From Octopus vulgaris (taxonomy: Eukaryota), in NCBI GenBank assembly GCA_951406725.2, contig OX597814.1:37324001-37388000 (forward strand): a stretch of 64,000 nt of DNA, read 5' to 3'. The notes beneath the pieces were generated by a model. That model ran no database searches. It saw nothing but the letters and a program-made list of their open reading frames with translations, and was not told the origin of the DNA. A program made the translations under genes and the position numbers. Shown here in pieces: positions 26,816 through 40,879 of the stretch (positions within the stretch are counted from its first letter, which is position 1; the number at the start of each line of letters is the position of its first letter).

Positions 26816-28163
26816 TTATTACTATTATTATTATTCCTGACATCTACTCATTTTTTAGTTGCTGTTTTTCGGATTTTGTATTGCAATATAGGAAGCAAGC
26901 AGATCTTTAGTTGGACAACAAAACTTCAGTTAATATTCAGTATTTGAACCACAATCATATATCTTAATCGACAGCAGCGAAATGGAATGTTTCTGCCAGC
27001 AAGCGTGAATAGGGCAATTGTAAATGGCACCTTTGGAGTGATATCCCTATTGTGAAACGTGATAAAATTGAGGGATGTATGGCTACTTTTCAAGACGAGA
27101 AACTGACGATAACTGACTCTTTCCAAGTGCAAGTTTCTTTAATGTAATATGGTATTCCAATCGTTTCAAATGAACAGAGTATCAACTAACAGTAGTTTCC
27201 TTTCACCAGACAAAATTTTCATGTCTTCGATCAATTTTATTTCAACACATTTATCGTTTTGTATTGTAGTTTTATTTAGTGAATTTGTTAAACAACACAT
27301 TATTGTTGTGCCTACTTGATATTTCATATACACATATAACAGAAAGAAACCCGCATTATATTATCGTTTTGATCACATTTGCTTACATTGAGCCGGAAAA
27401 TTATCAAGCACCTAATATTATGAAGCGAATAATTATGAAATGAACTCGGAGGGTATAAAACGAGGGAGATGGATACGTATAGCTATAAGCAGAAGGGCTG
27501 CTGCCACTTGGAAGAGTGAATTTGTATTAGGTATTGCAATTTTACATTCCACATTCATCTTTTTAAGAAATTTTCGAATTCTTGTGCATGTGAATAAGTG
27601 TGTGCGTGTAATTGTGAGAATGATTCAATAACACATTCTCATGTTGCAATTGAAACAAAGAAAATAAACAATGCTTTATACATGCATATTTTGCTCAGAA
27701 AAAATGTATTTTTGCAATAGCATGCGCATTATATGTTAATTGATCGAATCTTCCGTTCAAACAACAACATAAATATATATCCAATGTGAAACGATCATAA
27801 GTTGAGGGCGACTGAGATGCACAAAAGAAAGACTAGAGAAGTTAAATGGAGTTCGGCATAAAGAACTGGAAAGCTACACGAAGATCGCACTAAAATCTCC
27901 TACACACCATACAAGTTTGCATTTCTCTCAAGTTTCCCTTTATTGATTTTAACCCCTTTTTATTTCATGGGACCCGAAGGGCGGAATATTTGACGCTTTT
28001 CTGTTATGTGCGATGCATATTGATCCTTCTGTGAAGTTTCGTCAATATACTTCAATAAATGAAAACTTTGCTTCATGAGAAATGTATAACACATCACCAC
28101 TTTGTCTCATTCACTGCCTTTTCCTGTAAATATATATATAAACATATATATATACAGATACAT

Positions 28164-28195
<32 letters not shown>

Positions 28196-30404
28196 GCGCA
28201 TATTTTTTATGTACATAGCTTTCAGTTTCTTCCTCTCTCCCTCCCTATATATGTGTCTGTGAGTGTGTGTGCCTATGAAGAAGAGTTAGAGGTATCAGTG
28301 AAAGTGATCATATTCTTAAATCCCACAAATCCTCCTCGTAATATGTAAACTTTTTCAGCATTCATACTGCTGTTACGTTTAAACGTCGACAAAATATGGA
28401 ATGTCATGAGCAATAATTTACCATCTACTAAATCTCAGGATTAGCGACACCTACTACGATTTTATATTCATATCAGTGCATGTAAATCAGCTATTCAGAT
28501 ATATGAGATATTTTTTTCTAAAATCAAATTATAAAAATATGATTAGCTCATCTTTGCGCGTAATATTAATAAAGCTCCTAAGATTCAGATTGTCTCATTT
28601 TATATCACAGTCATATAAGATTTTATAACACCGAAAAATATTTATTTCTGCATTTGTTATTGCGAACTTGTGTTCGGTAAATCTCACATTTTATACAGCC
28701 AACAACATAGAACGTTCATCTCTCTCGTTAGAAATATACGGTTCATAACTAGATGTCAATGGATTCTTTGATAAATGTTTCATCTGGAATGAAACGACAC
28801 GCTCTGATGCATTGTGGTCTATTATTTCTAATCTCGTTATACACTAACCATTGAATTAACTTCAACTCAGCATCCTTTAAATAGACTTGCATGCATTAAT
28901 GATAATTAGTTTCGTTTGTTAATATATTTTACTGCTGAAAAGAGGACAACGAAATTAATATCATTGTGCGGGCCATGCATCGAATTATAAATATATATTG
29001 TTTCTGCAACCCTCTTCTTTTATTAATATAAGTAAACATTTTTTAGGCTCTGCCCATTGCCTCTACATGTACAAAAAAGACATATACACTTACTCACACC
29101 TATACATATATAAATATAGATATGTGTATATATATATATGTGTGCCTGTGTGTGTGCGTGTTTGTGTGCGCACATGTACAATGAGAAAAAGAAAGAAGGA
29201 GAGGGAGAAAAAAGAAAGCGATTGAGAAGATATATCACACATACCGAAAGTTGTAGTGAAAAGAAATGCCCGATTGTTGCTTTATTGTAATTAGTCAGAA
29301 TTTCCTTATTTACATATTAGTTTCACATGTGATATAAGATAACATTCATAATTTACATATTTAATAGCTTGCTACCGGTCGTCTGGTAACAAACTTTCAT
29401 TGGGAATTTACCTCAAACAAACTTCTTACAACTATTTCTATGCCAAAATGGTAGTAGCAGTGTCTCTTAAATCAATTGGCCATAATTCATAAGATATCGC
29501 AGACTTCTTAAATACTAATAAATCCCGAATGCCTTCCTTCTCTATTCTGATATACACTGCTACTACGTGTTACATTTTTACCCTAGGAAGGAACGGGATT
29601 TCATTAATGATAGATGTATGAGTTACAATAGAATGCCATAGTGCAGTAATGAATTATTGATCATTCACCCTCTTCCTCGTGACACTGCCTTTATCGCCGT
29701 GTTGCTACACATATAATTCTGTAGTTATGCATCAGTAATCATATGCCTTGGTTGAGTTCACCGGCCATTGTTTACTAATATGTGTGTCGAAGCATTGCAT
29801 TAATAAGGTCATGACATCATGAGTAGAAATTAAACATTTCTGAAGAAGAATGCATTTGAATAGATAAAAGATTGACATTTAGATCTAAAGTGAATTTGTC
29901 TCATCACAATTTACATTGCCATGACAAATTTACCCCTAATTATATGTAATTGCATTTATCACCATCTTATGCAACAATACTGATGTTCTCAATTGTCCTT
30001 AAACATGATCTCATAAATATTTAAGTTTATACCTGCAAAATTGCAAAGCAACTATAATTCTATATTACTGAAAAGTTTCAATTCAGCGTTCCAGGTTCTA
30101 TATACATGCATATCAAAAACAAATTGTTTCCAAGTTCCCTTTTTCTTGAAAATCCCGGAAATCGCATCAGGCTAAGGTTATGTTTGTTTACGACTCAATT
30201 AGAAAGGAAGTAAAATACTTTATTATATTAAAACAAGAAACTATTGTTGATAAATTCTTCTCATTGCTTCCCTCAAACGCCAGATAGTAAACATATTCCA
30301 GTATTTCTGTGCAAAAAGCATGCATACCGTCATACTCACGTATGTAGATACGTACATTCATACATAAATAGATAGATACATACATACATAATGCATATAT
30401 ATAC

Positions 30405-30458
<54 letters not shown>

Positions 30459-30460
<2 letters not shown>

Positions 30461-31415
30461 CAACGCAACCTTCACACAACGCCAAAATAAAGAACTATAT
30501 TTCATAAAAAAATTTAGACCAAGTTTAAACACCCTAGGCCAGGAATACTAAAACAAAAGATAAGTCCTCCGAAAGGGAGAAGCGGGGTTCCACCACGGCC
30601 GCTGCTTCAAACAGACACTCACTCTGACGGAAATATGCCTTAGTAAAAAAGGAAAAAAATTATTTCGTGCAAATCTGACCCTGATACATACGATACAGCT
30701 AAGGGTCAGACCCGATTCTGATTGGTCAACAAGTTGATGACGTCTAGCTCTGCTAGAATGGACAGGATACAAACAGGGGACAGTCATTAGTCAGAATATT
30801 GATGACGTCCTTTTCTGCTTGAATAGTCACCTAACAAGTACAGACAGGGGGCAGATCTAATGTAGCTATAAATCGTGATTGGGCAGAACCTGGATGACGT
30901 CCCGCTCTGCTTGACTAACGAAGCGACTGGTCAAAACAGGAAACAAACAAGAGGGAGTTATAATGCAGCGATTGGTCAAAATAATGATGACGTCCCGTTA
31001 TACTTGATTAAAGCCACCTAACGAAACGATTGGTCAAAACATTGATGACGTCACGCTACGCTAGACTGACCACCTAACAGGCATTATAAAACCGAGCATT
31101 TCACAAAAACTCACTAGAACCACCCAGCGAACTTCCACCATGGGTCATCACAATTGCTTAAGGTAAAAATGAATTCCTCGCTCTTTCGGAAACATCAATC
31201 TTCTGTATTGACCGCTTTCCACCACTTTGATCTGTTTTTTGTATTGTATACGTATCGCCACCGTGGGCCACTGCATCGAACACTTTGAACATATACTTCA
31301 AACTATATATCAACTATACATGAACTATATATCAACTATACATGAACTCTAAGATGTCTGACTCCGTTGTGTATTATAAATGAATTTATTGTGTTTGACG
31401 GCATGAGCTGTCTTT
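30459..31415 (+). mobile_element. 5'-truncated Penelope-like element (GIY-YIG C-terminus and pseudo-LTR)
   Basis: DNATFTQRQNKELYFIKKFRPSLNTLGQEY* fits the R...E..FI....P.LN end of PLE GIY-YIG endonucleases. Begins at (TA)n and ends in a degenerate hammerhead-like motif. Confidence 0.72.
30720..31168 (+). promoter_or_regulatory. Five CCAAT(reverse)-N12-CRE modules, TATA box, initiator-like TCACT, Kozak ATG and splice donor
   Basis: ATTGG at 30721, 30878, 30971, 31029 (ATTAG at 30786), each exactly 12 nt before TGACGTC; TATAAAA at 31085; TCACT at 31111; CCACCATGG with ATG at 31140; AG|GTAAAA at 31163. Confidence 0.7.
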
Positions 31416-31528
31416 TTTTATATATAACTTTTTTTGATAAGGTTCATTTCAGGAACTGAAACATGTTATAATGTATATATAAAAATTAAAAATTGTATAA
31501 TACAGCAGCATTTTCGAACTTCATTTTT

Positions 31529-31663
<135 letters not shown>

Positions 31664-31799
31664 CGACCATTGTGGTATCGGACGTGTGCAATTATTGCTG
31701 ATGTAAAGATGAAATAAGAAATATTGGAAACATCGAGCTACAGAGTGCGGTATAATTATCTCTGAATATTTCTACATAATTGTTTTCGCGTGATTGTAT

Positions 31800-31967
31800 T
31801 GTAAGAGGTTTCATACCCAACTACATGGTTACGTGTTCAGTCCAGCTGCGTTGCATATTGGGCATGGGTCTTCTATTTTAGTCTCGGGTCGACCAAAGCC
31901 TTGTGAGTGGACTTAGTTGGTTTAGATATATAGATAGATAGATAGATAGATACATAGATAGATAGAC

Positions 31968-32044
<77 letters not shown>

Positions 32045-32275
32045 TGTGTGTTTGTGTGTACATTAATATGTGTGGGTCTTTGTAGTTGACCCTTAGCAGT
32101 GCTAGATAACTGCCGTTGGTGTGTTTACGTCCCCGTAACTTAACAGTTTGGCAAAAGGACAGATAAAACAATCACCAGATAAAAAAAGCAACTGAAGTCG
32201 ATTCATTCGACTAAAAATTCTTCTTCAAGATGATGCCCCAGTATGGCTGCAGTCGGAAACAAGTAAAAAATAAAG
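31800..32275 (+). mobile_element. Second tRNA-derived SINE family, with internal (GATA)n
   Basis: GGTTACGTGTTCAGTCC...GACCAAAGCCTTGTGAGTGGA...GTGTGTTTACGTCCCCGTAACTT...CAGTATGGCTGCAGTC...GAAACAAGTAAAA; the 3' part matches 35610-35770 in reverse. Confidence 0.8.
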
Positions 32276-32439
32276 GATAATGCCCCATATTTTTATAATG
32301 GATACATATATCTTAACGTATCTATATAAACACAGTACTGTAACGTTATACACGGAAAGAAATAAGTCAAGTCACATTTCAAATCAATTCACAAAGAAAG
32401 AAACACTGTTCAATATGCACATTTAAATAAAATTGTAGA

Positions 32440-33600
32440 ATAAATGGAAAGACTGAAAGGAAAGATTACCCAAGCAGTGGACCAGTCTAACCTTGTTCAA
32501 ACCTTTAAAGAAAACCATTGCTTGTTTTGAAAAACATATATAAATATCAGTGAATAAATAAAATAATCATAGTTAAACGCATAACATTCAATCGAGACGT
32601 TACTAAAATCACTGTATAAAATGGATCTACGATTTTAACAGGGACTTATATGAAGCATGTATAAAGTTTGAACCCCAAAATTTCGGTTTTATGCAAAGGT
32701 TATAAAATTCCTCTAACTCCTACATAGAATTATATTAAATGTGTTCTGGAAACATTTACATCAAGAAGCAAAAGTCATCATGAGATGTAAATAGCATGCT
32801 ACAAGGCTGGATTATCAAGATTCTACAGTTACCCAATGTCAACCCATCCTGATCAAAACATATTACATCAATTTAGTCATTAACAGTGATAAAAATATTC
32901 AGTCGGATAGTATTCTCTACCAAAGGGTTGCTCATCTTACACTCGTTAAACCAACTCTCATATCTGATCACAACATATAGTGACCATAGAAATGGATCCA
33001 GAAGTATATCATATCCTTTCTTTGTCGACGACCTGAAGCCTATGGGACTGATATAGGCCGTATCAAAACAGGAAAACCCATAACCCAACATTTTACAGCT
33101 GTTGGAATAAAGTTTGGTGCGTCCAAGTGTCCATGTTGATAATTAAAACGTATAAAATTACTGCTTTCGTCTGAAGACCTACAAACGACAACATAACCTC
33201 TACAAACAGGCGACACATAACAATTTTGGATATGATAAAAGCGTGAGATATGATGGACCTACGAATAATGAGAGAACCAGGAATACCTCAAAAGTATATA
33301 GAAAATTTAGTTATTAGAATACTCCGCTTACAACAAGCATATTACTCACAGTACCTTCGTTTGGCTTAAAATTGGACTTCATGTCATCTGAGGCATTTTA
33401 TGTGACACACAAAATGCAGCAGAGGAAAGAAACCTGTAAATATGTTGCCTACGTTCCCACCCATAAAATAAACATAATCATGATAGCTAAAGAACTACAG
33501 GAGAGATATGAGATAAGAGCTGATACAGATATTTCCCATGTAGCATTGGTAAAATCTATTCTTCAGAGGAACAAGCGGAAACTGTATCAATTCAATGAGA
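32440..33600 (+). mobile_element. Highly degraded R4/Dong-type reverse transcriptase fragment
   Basis: SISYPFFVDDLKP and VGIKFGASKC near 33000-33130. Confidence 0.6.
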
Positions 33601-33931
33601 AGATTTTACATGTGTACCTGGCACGTAAAACGCATACATATATATATACTGTAAATAATAATAATAATATTTTATATGCTTAAAACTTTTAGTGACTACT
33701 GCGCAATAACTAAAGAAAAACAGTCTAATAATTGGATATATCAGCCCTAGTCAGAAAAAGTAGGTTTTCCGACGCGTACGGAAAACATGTCTTCTCTCTC
33801 GATTTTCCCTTAGTTATTGTGCGATTGTGCGGTGATCACTATATGATTTAAGCATATAAAATACTATTATTATTATTATTATTTTTACAGAATTCTTGAA
33901 ATGGCACTGCTTAACAGAACCATTCACAGTG

Positions 33932-33984
<53 letters not shown>

Positions 33985-34089
33985 CATACATACATAGCTA
34001 TATGCATATATATGTATAGAAATATATTTGTATACATGTCTACGTGTATATTTATGCGCGTATATATGAAAATATATAATACATCTCCT

Positions 34090-34120
<31 letters not shown>

Positions 34121-35609
34121 ACACACATATGTACATATATATATGTATGTATATGTATATACATACATACATATATGTGTCTCTGCACATGCATATGCAT
34201 ATACGCTTACATCTAAATATTTCATATTGGTTTAGAAAGTTCGAAGCAGCTTTCATAATGTATTCAAATGCAATGAATGGTTCTTAAATATATGTATAAC
34301 ACATTTTATAAAAATGTCCATATTAAAACGTATTTACTAACACATACGTAGACTTGTTTGTAGACGTGAGTGCATGAATATGTGTGTGTGTGTGTGCATG
34401 TGTGCATTGCTTTCTGTATATAAATGTTTGGACATATTCTGTTATAGGTCTCTGTTTAAGCCTCTATCTATAGAGGTATGGTATTTCGTAGTTGGCATAT
34501 GTATTAGAAATTAGATTTAACCATCATGAACATATTTGCTAACATATCACAATATGTCGATTTTCAACACCCATTTTGACAAAATAAAAGTCAACATAAT
34601 TCCCATTAATATAATTGCGTGAGATCAGTTGTTACAAAAATACTACAGTTCTTCCCTTGTAGTTTACATTAAATTTATCTGATGAGGTTTAACTGTTCAA
34701 AATATCATTTGCTCATGCAATTGACTTTGTTTCCTCTTGATATATAAATATGGTTTATCATATTTAGATATTTAGAATATTTAAGGGGTATTTATATAGC
34801 CATCAAAAGGATTTAGGATGTAGGAACTGAATATAATAAAAATAAAAGTTATTCCTATTACACCCTATTCCAAGAAAAAAACATACATAATATTAGTTTA
34901 AGTTATATATTTACATGCGATTGCGCGTGTTTGTGTGTGTGTGTGTGTGTGAGTATTTGCTTTTCATTGTGTATCATATGGTATAAATTCGTTTATTATA
35001 AACATTTCACTTTAAGGTGAACTCAGAATTTCTGAACAAATATCTCAAACGAACTTGGTTCATTTTTGGATATAACCTTACAGTGACAATATATGGTATA
35101 TCAGAAATAATAAGTGATGCAAAGTATTGGCTTTAGATATTTATTCTTTTAGCATTTTGCTTAATATTCTTATTAATTTTCCTCTCCAGTAAAAAGTTTA
35201 TACGTATCTTTAGACACACTCACACACACACACACATACTAAAATAAACGTACAGTAAAATTCAAAATAAAACAAACAAAAATAGGGTGTGCACAAGGAA
35301 AGTATTAGTTTCACGTTCAATAAAAGCAGAGAGCTTTTGACGTTTCGAGCAGAGCTCTTTGTCAGAAAGAGAAAAGGTAAAACTGGAAAGAAGCAAAATT
35401 ACCAACGGCATATGCGCATATATATCTATGTATGTGTATAAATATATACATATGTGCGTATGCATTTATACATATATGTATATATACTTGCGTATGTATA
35501 TATGCATAAATATATATGTAATTGAATCTCATAGAACATTCATATAAATGTATATATAAATAAACAAATATATATATATATATATTTTTTTTCTTTTTTT
35601 TCTTTTTTC

Positions 35610-35767
35610 TTATGCTTGTTTCAGTCATTTGACTGCGGCTATGCTGGAGCACCGCCTTTAGCCGAGCAAATCGACCCCGGGACTTATTCTTTGTAAGCCC
35701 AGTACTTATTCTATCGGTCTCTTTTTGCCGAACCGCTATGTGACGGTTGTTAAGCAATGCTAGGGGG

Positions 35768-35770
<3 letters not shown>
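35610..35770 (-). mobile_element. SINE 3' half (same family as 31800-32275)
   Basis: CTTGTTTCAGTCATTTGACTGCGGCTATGCTGGAGCACCGCC...TTTTGCCGAACCGCTA. Confidence 0.8.
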
Positions 35771-35838
<68 letters not shown>

Positions 35839-36080
35839 ATGCTTTTCTTAGCGACACTGCCGCTCATCTCGTAAAAAGAGAGATAAGCTATATAAAATCT
35901 CTGAGTTAGAGACAAACAGTAAACAGCACGGAATCGTAAATTATATTTGCCAACTAAATGTAGCGGTTCTATAGTGGACGATGTTAGTGGTATTCTTAGC
36001 CCCAGGAAGACACACAGTCTGTCTTCAATTAGTATTTACCAGGGAGGAAATCGCACCTAACGCAAGCCTTATGTGATACA

Positions 36081-36121
36081 TACAGACCCGGGTTTCTGGG
36101 TGGTTATTCATCTTCAGTGTA
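36081..36121 (-). ncRNA. Minimal type I hammerhead ribozyme motif (PLE-type)
   Basis: Minus strand: TACA-CTGAAGA-TGAATaaccACCCA-GAAA-CCCGG-GTC-TGTA. Intact core, 4-bp stem I, palindromic stem III (CCCGGG), stem II with two mismatches. Confidence 0.7.
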
Positions 36122-36123
36122 AG

Positions 36124-36161
<38 letters not shown>

Positions 36162-36234
36162 GAATTGCAAATTCGAAATTAATGATATCGTGTGAAATAT
36201 GGATTTTTAGATACCAACGGCATTCTTGTGAAAA

Positions 36235-36545
36235 TTCGTAAATATCGATTCCCAGACCGGGTGTTGTGTGTGTTTATTGAGCGAAAACACCCAAAGCTCA
36301 ATGAGGCTCCGGCAGAGGGTGGCGGCGAACCCTGCTGTACACTTTCACCACAACTTTCTCTCACTCTTTCTTCCTTTTCCTCTTGTATCTGTATTTAGAA
36401 CGACCAGATTTGTCACACTGTGTCACGCTGAATCTCTTCGAGAACTACGTTAAGGATACATGTGTCTTTGGAATGCTAACGTGATGGCTGTTCCATTGTC
36501 GGATCAATTGGAACCATCGTCGTCGTAACTGACGGAATGACGAGA
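36235..36545 (+). mobile_element. Third SINE-like interspersed repeat
   Basis: B-box-like TCGATTCCCAGACCGGG followed by a GC-rich body ending CGTCGTCGTAACTGACGGA. Confidence 0.55.
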
Positions 36546-36769
36546 TTGCATGATACTTAATGATAGAAAGCTTTTAAAAATTAGAAGAGAAAATTCTCCA
36601 TGCAAATTTGATCCCATATAAACAGTAGATCTTTTATTCCATGAAACGAAAAGTGCTAATGTGCTTTTTCAAACCGAATATTACTACGAACACATACAAC
36701 AAGAAGGGCTGCATCCTACCGGATTATATGTAACTCTTGAAATTTTTTAACTTATGTACTTACATTTCA

Positions 36770-37315
36770 CATCTCTAGAATCACGAATACCGAGAAGCCA
36801 TAGCCACTCATAATGAAAAGGAATACTGGTGGAATGTACTATTGAAGACCTCAATAATGATTTGGGATAGAGAAGAGAAACTGTGCAGAGTTGTGGAAAT
36901 TAGTTGCTCAGCGGACGTTAGCATGAAGCTGAAGATCAATGAAAAAGAGAACACCTATGCTGAACTATTGAGAAATCTGCAGTTACTCTATCCAGATTAC
37001 AAGTTCAAGTTTGTACATGTAATTATTCGGGCCCTGGAATATGTAACACACTGCCTAAATACAAATCTGAAGAAATTACACTTCTCAAAACAAGAAAAGA
37101 GAAAGCTAATTCGGAGGGTACAGATCCAGTCTATCACTGGAAATGTAACATATTTGTAAAAGTATGACCATGTCTAGATATGTAACATTATGCATGAGAA
37201 TACATAACTCTGCACATGCATACATACATGTATACATACATACATGTATACATACATACATACATACATACATACATACATACATACATACATACATACA
37301 TACATACATACATAC
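36770..37315 (+). mobile_element. RLE-type LINE 3' end with (CATA)n tail
   Basis: EYWWNV...IMIWDREEKLCRVVEISCSAD...KENTYAELLRNLQLLYPDYKFKFVHVIIRAL; followed by (CATA)n. Confidence 0.8.
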
Positions 37316-38002
37316 AAAATTACTCTGTTATTGATGTTGATACTCAAATGAAACATCCTTGGATCTAGGTTAGAAATCTTGAAATAAACTGAATAATGTC
37401 ATACATACATGAATACATGCATACACACACACACATATGCTTTTTATGAGAATGAGAAGCGTTAACATAGACGAATGCAATTCTACGGATACAAGAATGT
37501 AAGTTCACATTGCTAGTGTAACTTTGCTATTCGTAAAAAAAAAAATATTGCAGACGCAACCACACGGTATATGTATTTATAACACATCTCGGAAGCCACC
37601 TTATGCTGTGACAAACAATATGTATGACAGCATGGCTTCTTTTCATTAAAATTGCGTTGCTATTTGTAAGAACTTGGTTACTAGTTAATGCGCTTTGTTT
37701 TCGACTTGTGCGATAGTGATTATAAGTCTGAGAAAGTTAAAAATACTAGAGTTCATGCACACACATTTGGACCTGATTGTACTTATTAAGATAAATTTGA
37801 AATTGCTTTCAATTGGAAAGTATAGTTTGTTATGATTGATATGTGCCACAAAACGAATGAATGGATCTAACTATAAAGAACAGATATACTGATCATATAT
37901 CAATAGATTTGCTAGCTCAAAATCATAGTGCAAACAAAATAATCGTTAAACGAAGTCACAACGATGCATAGACATGCGTCTCTCTCTCTCTCTCACTCTC
38001 TT

Positions 38003-38049
<47 letters not shown>

Positions 38050-38068
38050 ATATATATACATACATATA

Positions 38069-38195
<127 letters not shown>

Positions 38196-39749
38196 ATGTA
38201 TGTAGGAGTGTGTATATTTGTGCGTTTGTACGTTGTGTGTGCGTGTCCATATAAATCACCAAAATATTCAGTACTATATACAACAATTAGCACAAACATG
38301 TCCTAATATATTTATATACAAATTCATATGCGTGTGCGTATGCACCATTCATACTACTTGCAAGTATCATTCATACTCAAAGGTATAATCAAGGCATTAA
38401 ACGCAATCAGAACTCCATTCTTCAAGTGCTATTGTCGATCTAATTGAAGTGGGATATAGACATATAAAAATGATTCTCTGGTAAAGATGAAATGCTAAAT
38501 TTTATTCTTGGCTCTGAAAACCAATACAGCGCGTTATTAATGAGAGAATTCCGACAGTTGCATGACCTCCTAGCATTCAGTTTAGAAAAGAAATAAAAAA
38601 GCTATATCGTGAGAATTGCGTTACACATATTCAAAGAGGTTTTCCTTATTTTGATGCAGTTAATCTCGTATGATGTAGGACTACGCACTATGCTCACTGA
38701 AATTTTTTGCATTATTTCAGATTTATTTGGTTGTCATTTTGAGGATTATTTCCCGTTCTTTTTTGTAGATTTACTTATTCCAGCATGCGTTTAGCTAGGT
38801 AGCTTATATCTTGCTTTGTAATTAGCAAGTAATCTGACGCATCTGATCGAACAAATATTTGCTGATCTTTTCCAAATTGTCATATGTAACGAATTACTTA
38901 TTTTCAAGTTATACTATGTTAGCACACCGCCACACGTCACACACGAATAACTAGAAATGAACTAAATCATATTCCTTATCTGTTGTCAATAATACATCTC
39001 CTTCTACACTCCATGCATACACCTATCACCTGATTCTGTTAGCTCAATTACACAAGATATCAATAAACATCATTCCATTCCAATTACCACTTACTTGTGT
39101 TCATGCATAAACATAATTGGCGTATAGCTTTCTTCATTTCCTTCATACTTACTCTTTAACCGATACCGTACATATTCTATTTGCTCATGACCCACAATAT
39201 TATATCTTTCCATGATCCCCGATGTACTTCTAGCACTTCTAACACGTCAAAATCCCAATCTATATATCATACTAAATACATACACGAAAGTAGAAGGTAT
39301 GAAATATGAAATATGAGATAAAAACTCTTCATAGTGTTGAAAAGACGATACATGCCAGAGGAACATCATCGTTGCAGTGACTAACAAGAACGAAAAATCT
39401 TCTAGGCCTTTCTTGGTGTTTGTCAACTGCTGAAACAAAATTTCGTGCGACAATCCGTATTGGAAATAATGTTACTATAATGTCACAAATCCTTGTAATG
39501 TGTTAAGTCAGATTATTTCCCTTCCATGCCCTTTGTCGATGTGTATGAATTATTTATAATACTAGTAGAATAAGTGTCTCGCCAACAATACCAACAGTTT
39601 TATTAATGATAGAAAATTGTACATAAATACAATGGCTAAAACCATTAATATATATCAGCAATCTTATAGATATTAGTACGATAGTTTTTGTATGTGGCAG
39701 ATGCTCTGGTTCAATATAGACTGAAAATGCGCAGAGACCATCTTCCGCC

Positions 39750-40737
39750 ACATTCCAGGGAGAAAAACTTGAAATAGTTGATAGTTTACGTTACCTAGGT
39801 GACCAAGTCAGTAGCGGGGGTGGGTGTGCCGAAAGTGTAACTGTTAGAGTAAGAATTGCCTGGGCAAAGTTCAGAGAGCTCTTACCTCTGCTGGTGACAA
39901 AAGGCCTCTCGCTTAGAGTAAAAGGCAGACTGTATGACGCATGTGTGCGAACAGCCATGCTACATGGCAGTGATACATGGGCCGTGACTGCTGAGGATAT
40001 GCGTAAGCTCGCAAGAAATGAAGCCAGTATGCTCCGTTGGATGTGTAATGTCAGTGTTCATACCCGACAGAGTGTGAGTGCCTTGAGAGAAAAGTTGGAC
40101 CAAAGAAGCATCAGATATGGTGTGCAAGAGAGGCGTCTACGCCGGTATGGACACGTAGTAAGAATGGATAAAGATAGTTGTGTGAAAAAGTGCCACACCC
40201 TAGCGGTTGAGGGAAGCTGTAGAAGAGGTAGACCCAGGAAAACCGGGGACGAGGTGGTGAAGAACGACCTTCGCGCTTTAGGTCTCACCGAGGAAATGAC
40301 CAGAGACCGAGACCTTTGGAAGTATGCTGTGCGCGTGAAGACCCGGCAGGACACATGAGGCCATAACCAATGGCCCCTACCTGGGACGTAGTCAGTTCAC
40401 CTGTGCATACCTTCCTTCTTGGGACACTTGTGAAGACCTGTTGAGGCAAGTGAAAATCAAATCAAATCGAATCAAAATCGATGAACATCAATGGAACACC
40501 ATCCGAGCGTGGCCGTTCGCCAGCCTCGTCTGACACCTGTGTCGGTGGCACATAACAAGCACCCACTACACTCACGGAGTGGTTGGCGTTAGGAAGGGCG
40601 TCCAGCTGTAGAATCACTGCCAGATCTGACTGGCCTGGTGCAGCCTTCGGGCTTCCCAGACCCCAGTTGAACCGTCCAACCCATGCTAGCATGGATAGCG
40701 GACGTTAAACGATGATGATGATGATGATGATGATGAT
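39750..40737 (+). mobile_element. RTE-clade LINE, 5'-truncated, with (GAT)n tail
   Basis: LEIVDSLRYLGDQV...RIAWAKFRELLPLL...LYDACVRTAMLHGSDTW...RRGRPRKT; open to a stop at 40358, then 3' UTR and (GAT)n. Confidence 0.93.
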
Positions 40738-40879
40738 TAGTACATACAGAGTATTAAGTTATTTGAAGTATCAGATACGATTGTAACGACACCTACATAA
40801 TATGTATATGTTTGTGTGTGTATGTGAGGAGTTTTAGGTCCAATAATGCTTGCACGACACCTCATAGACCCTCTCAACT

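Noticed and set aside
30720-31055. CRISPR-like repeat-spacer array
   Set aside because: Repeats are degenerate, spacing is irregular, spacers resemble each other, there are no cas genes, and the context is eukaryotic.
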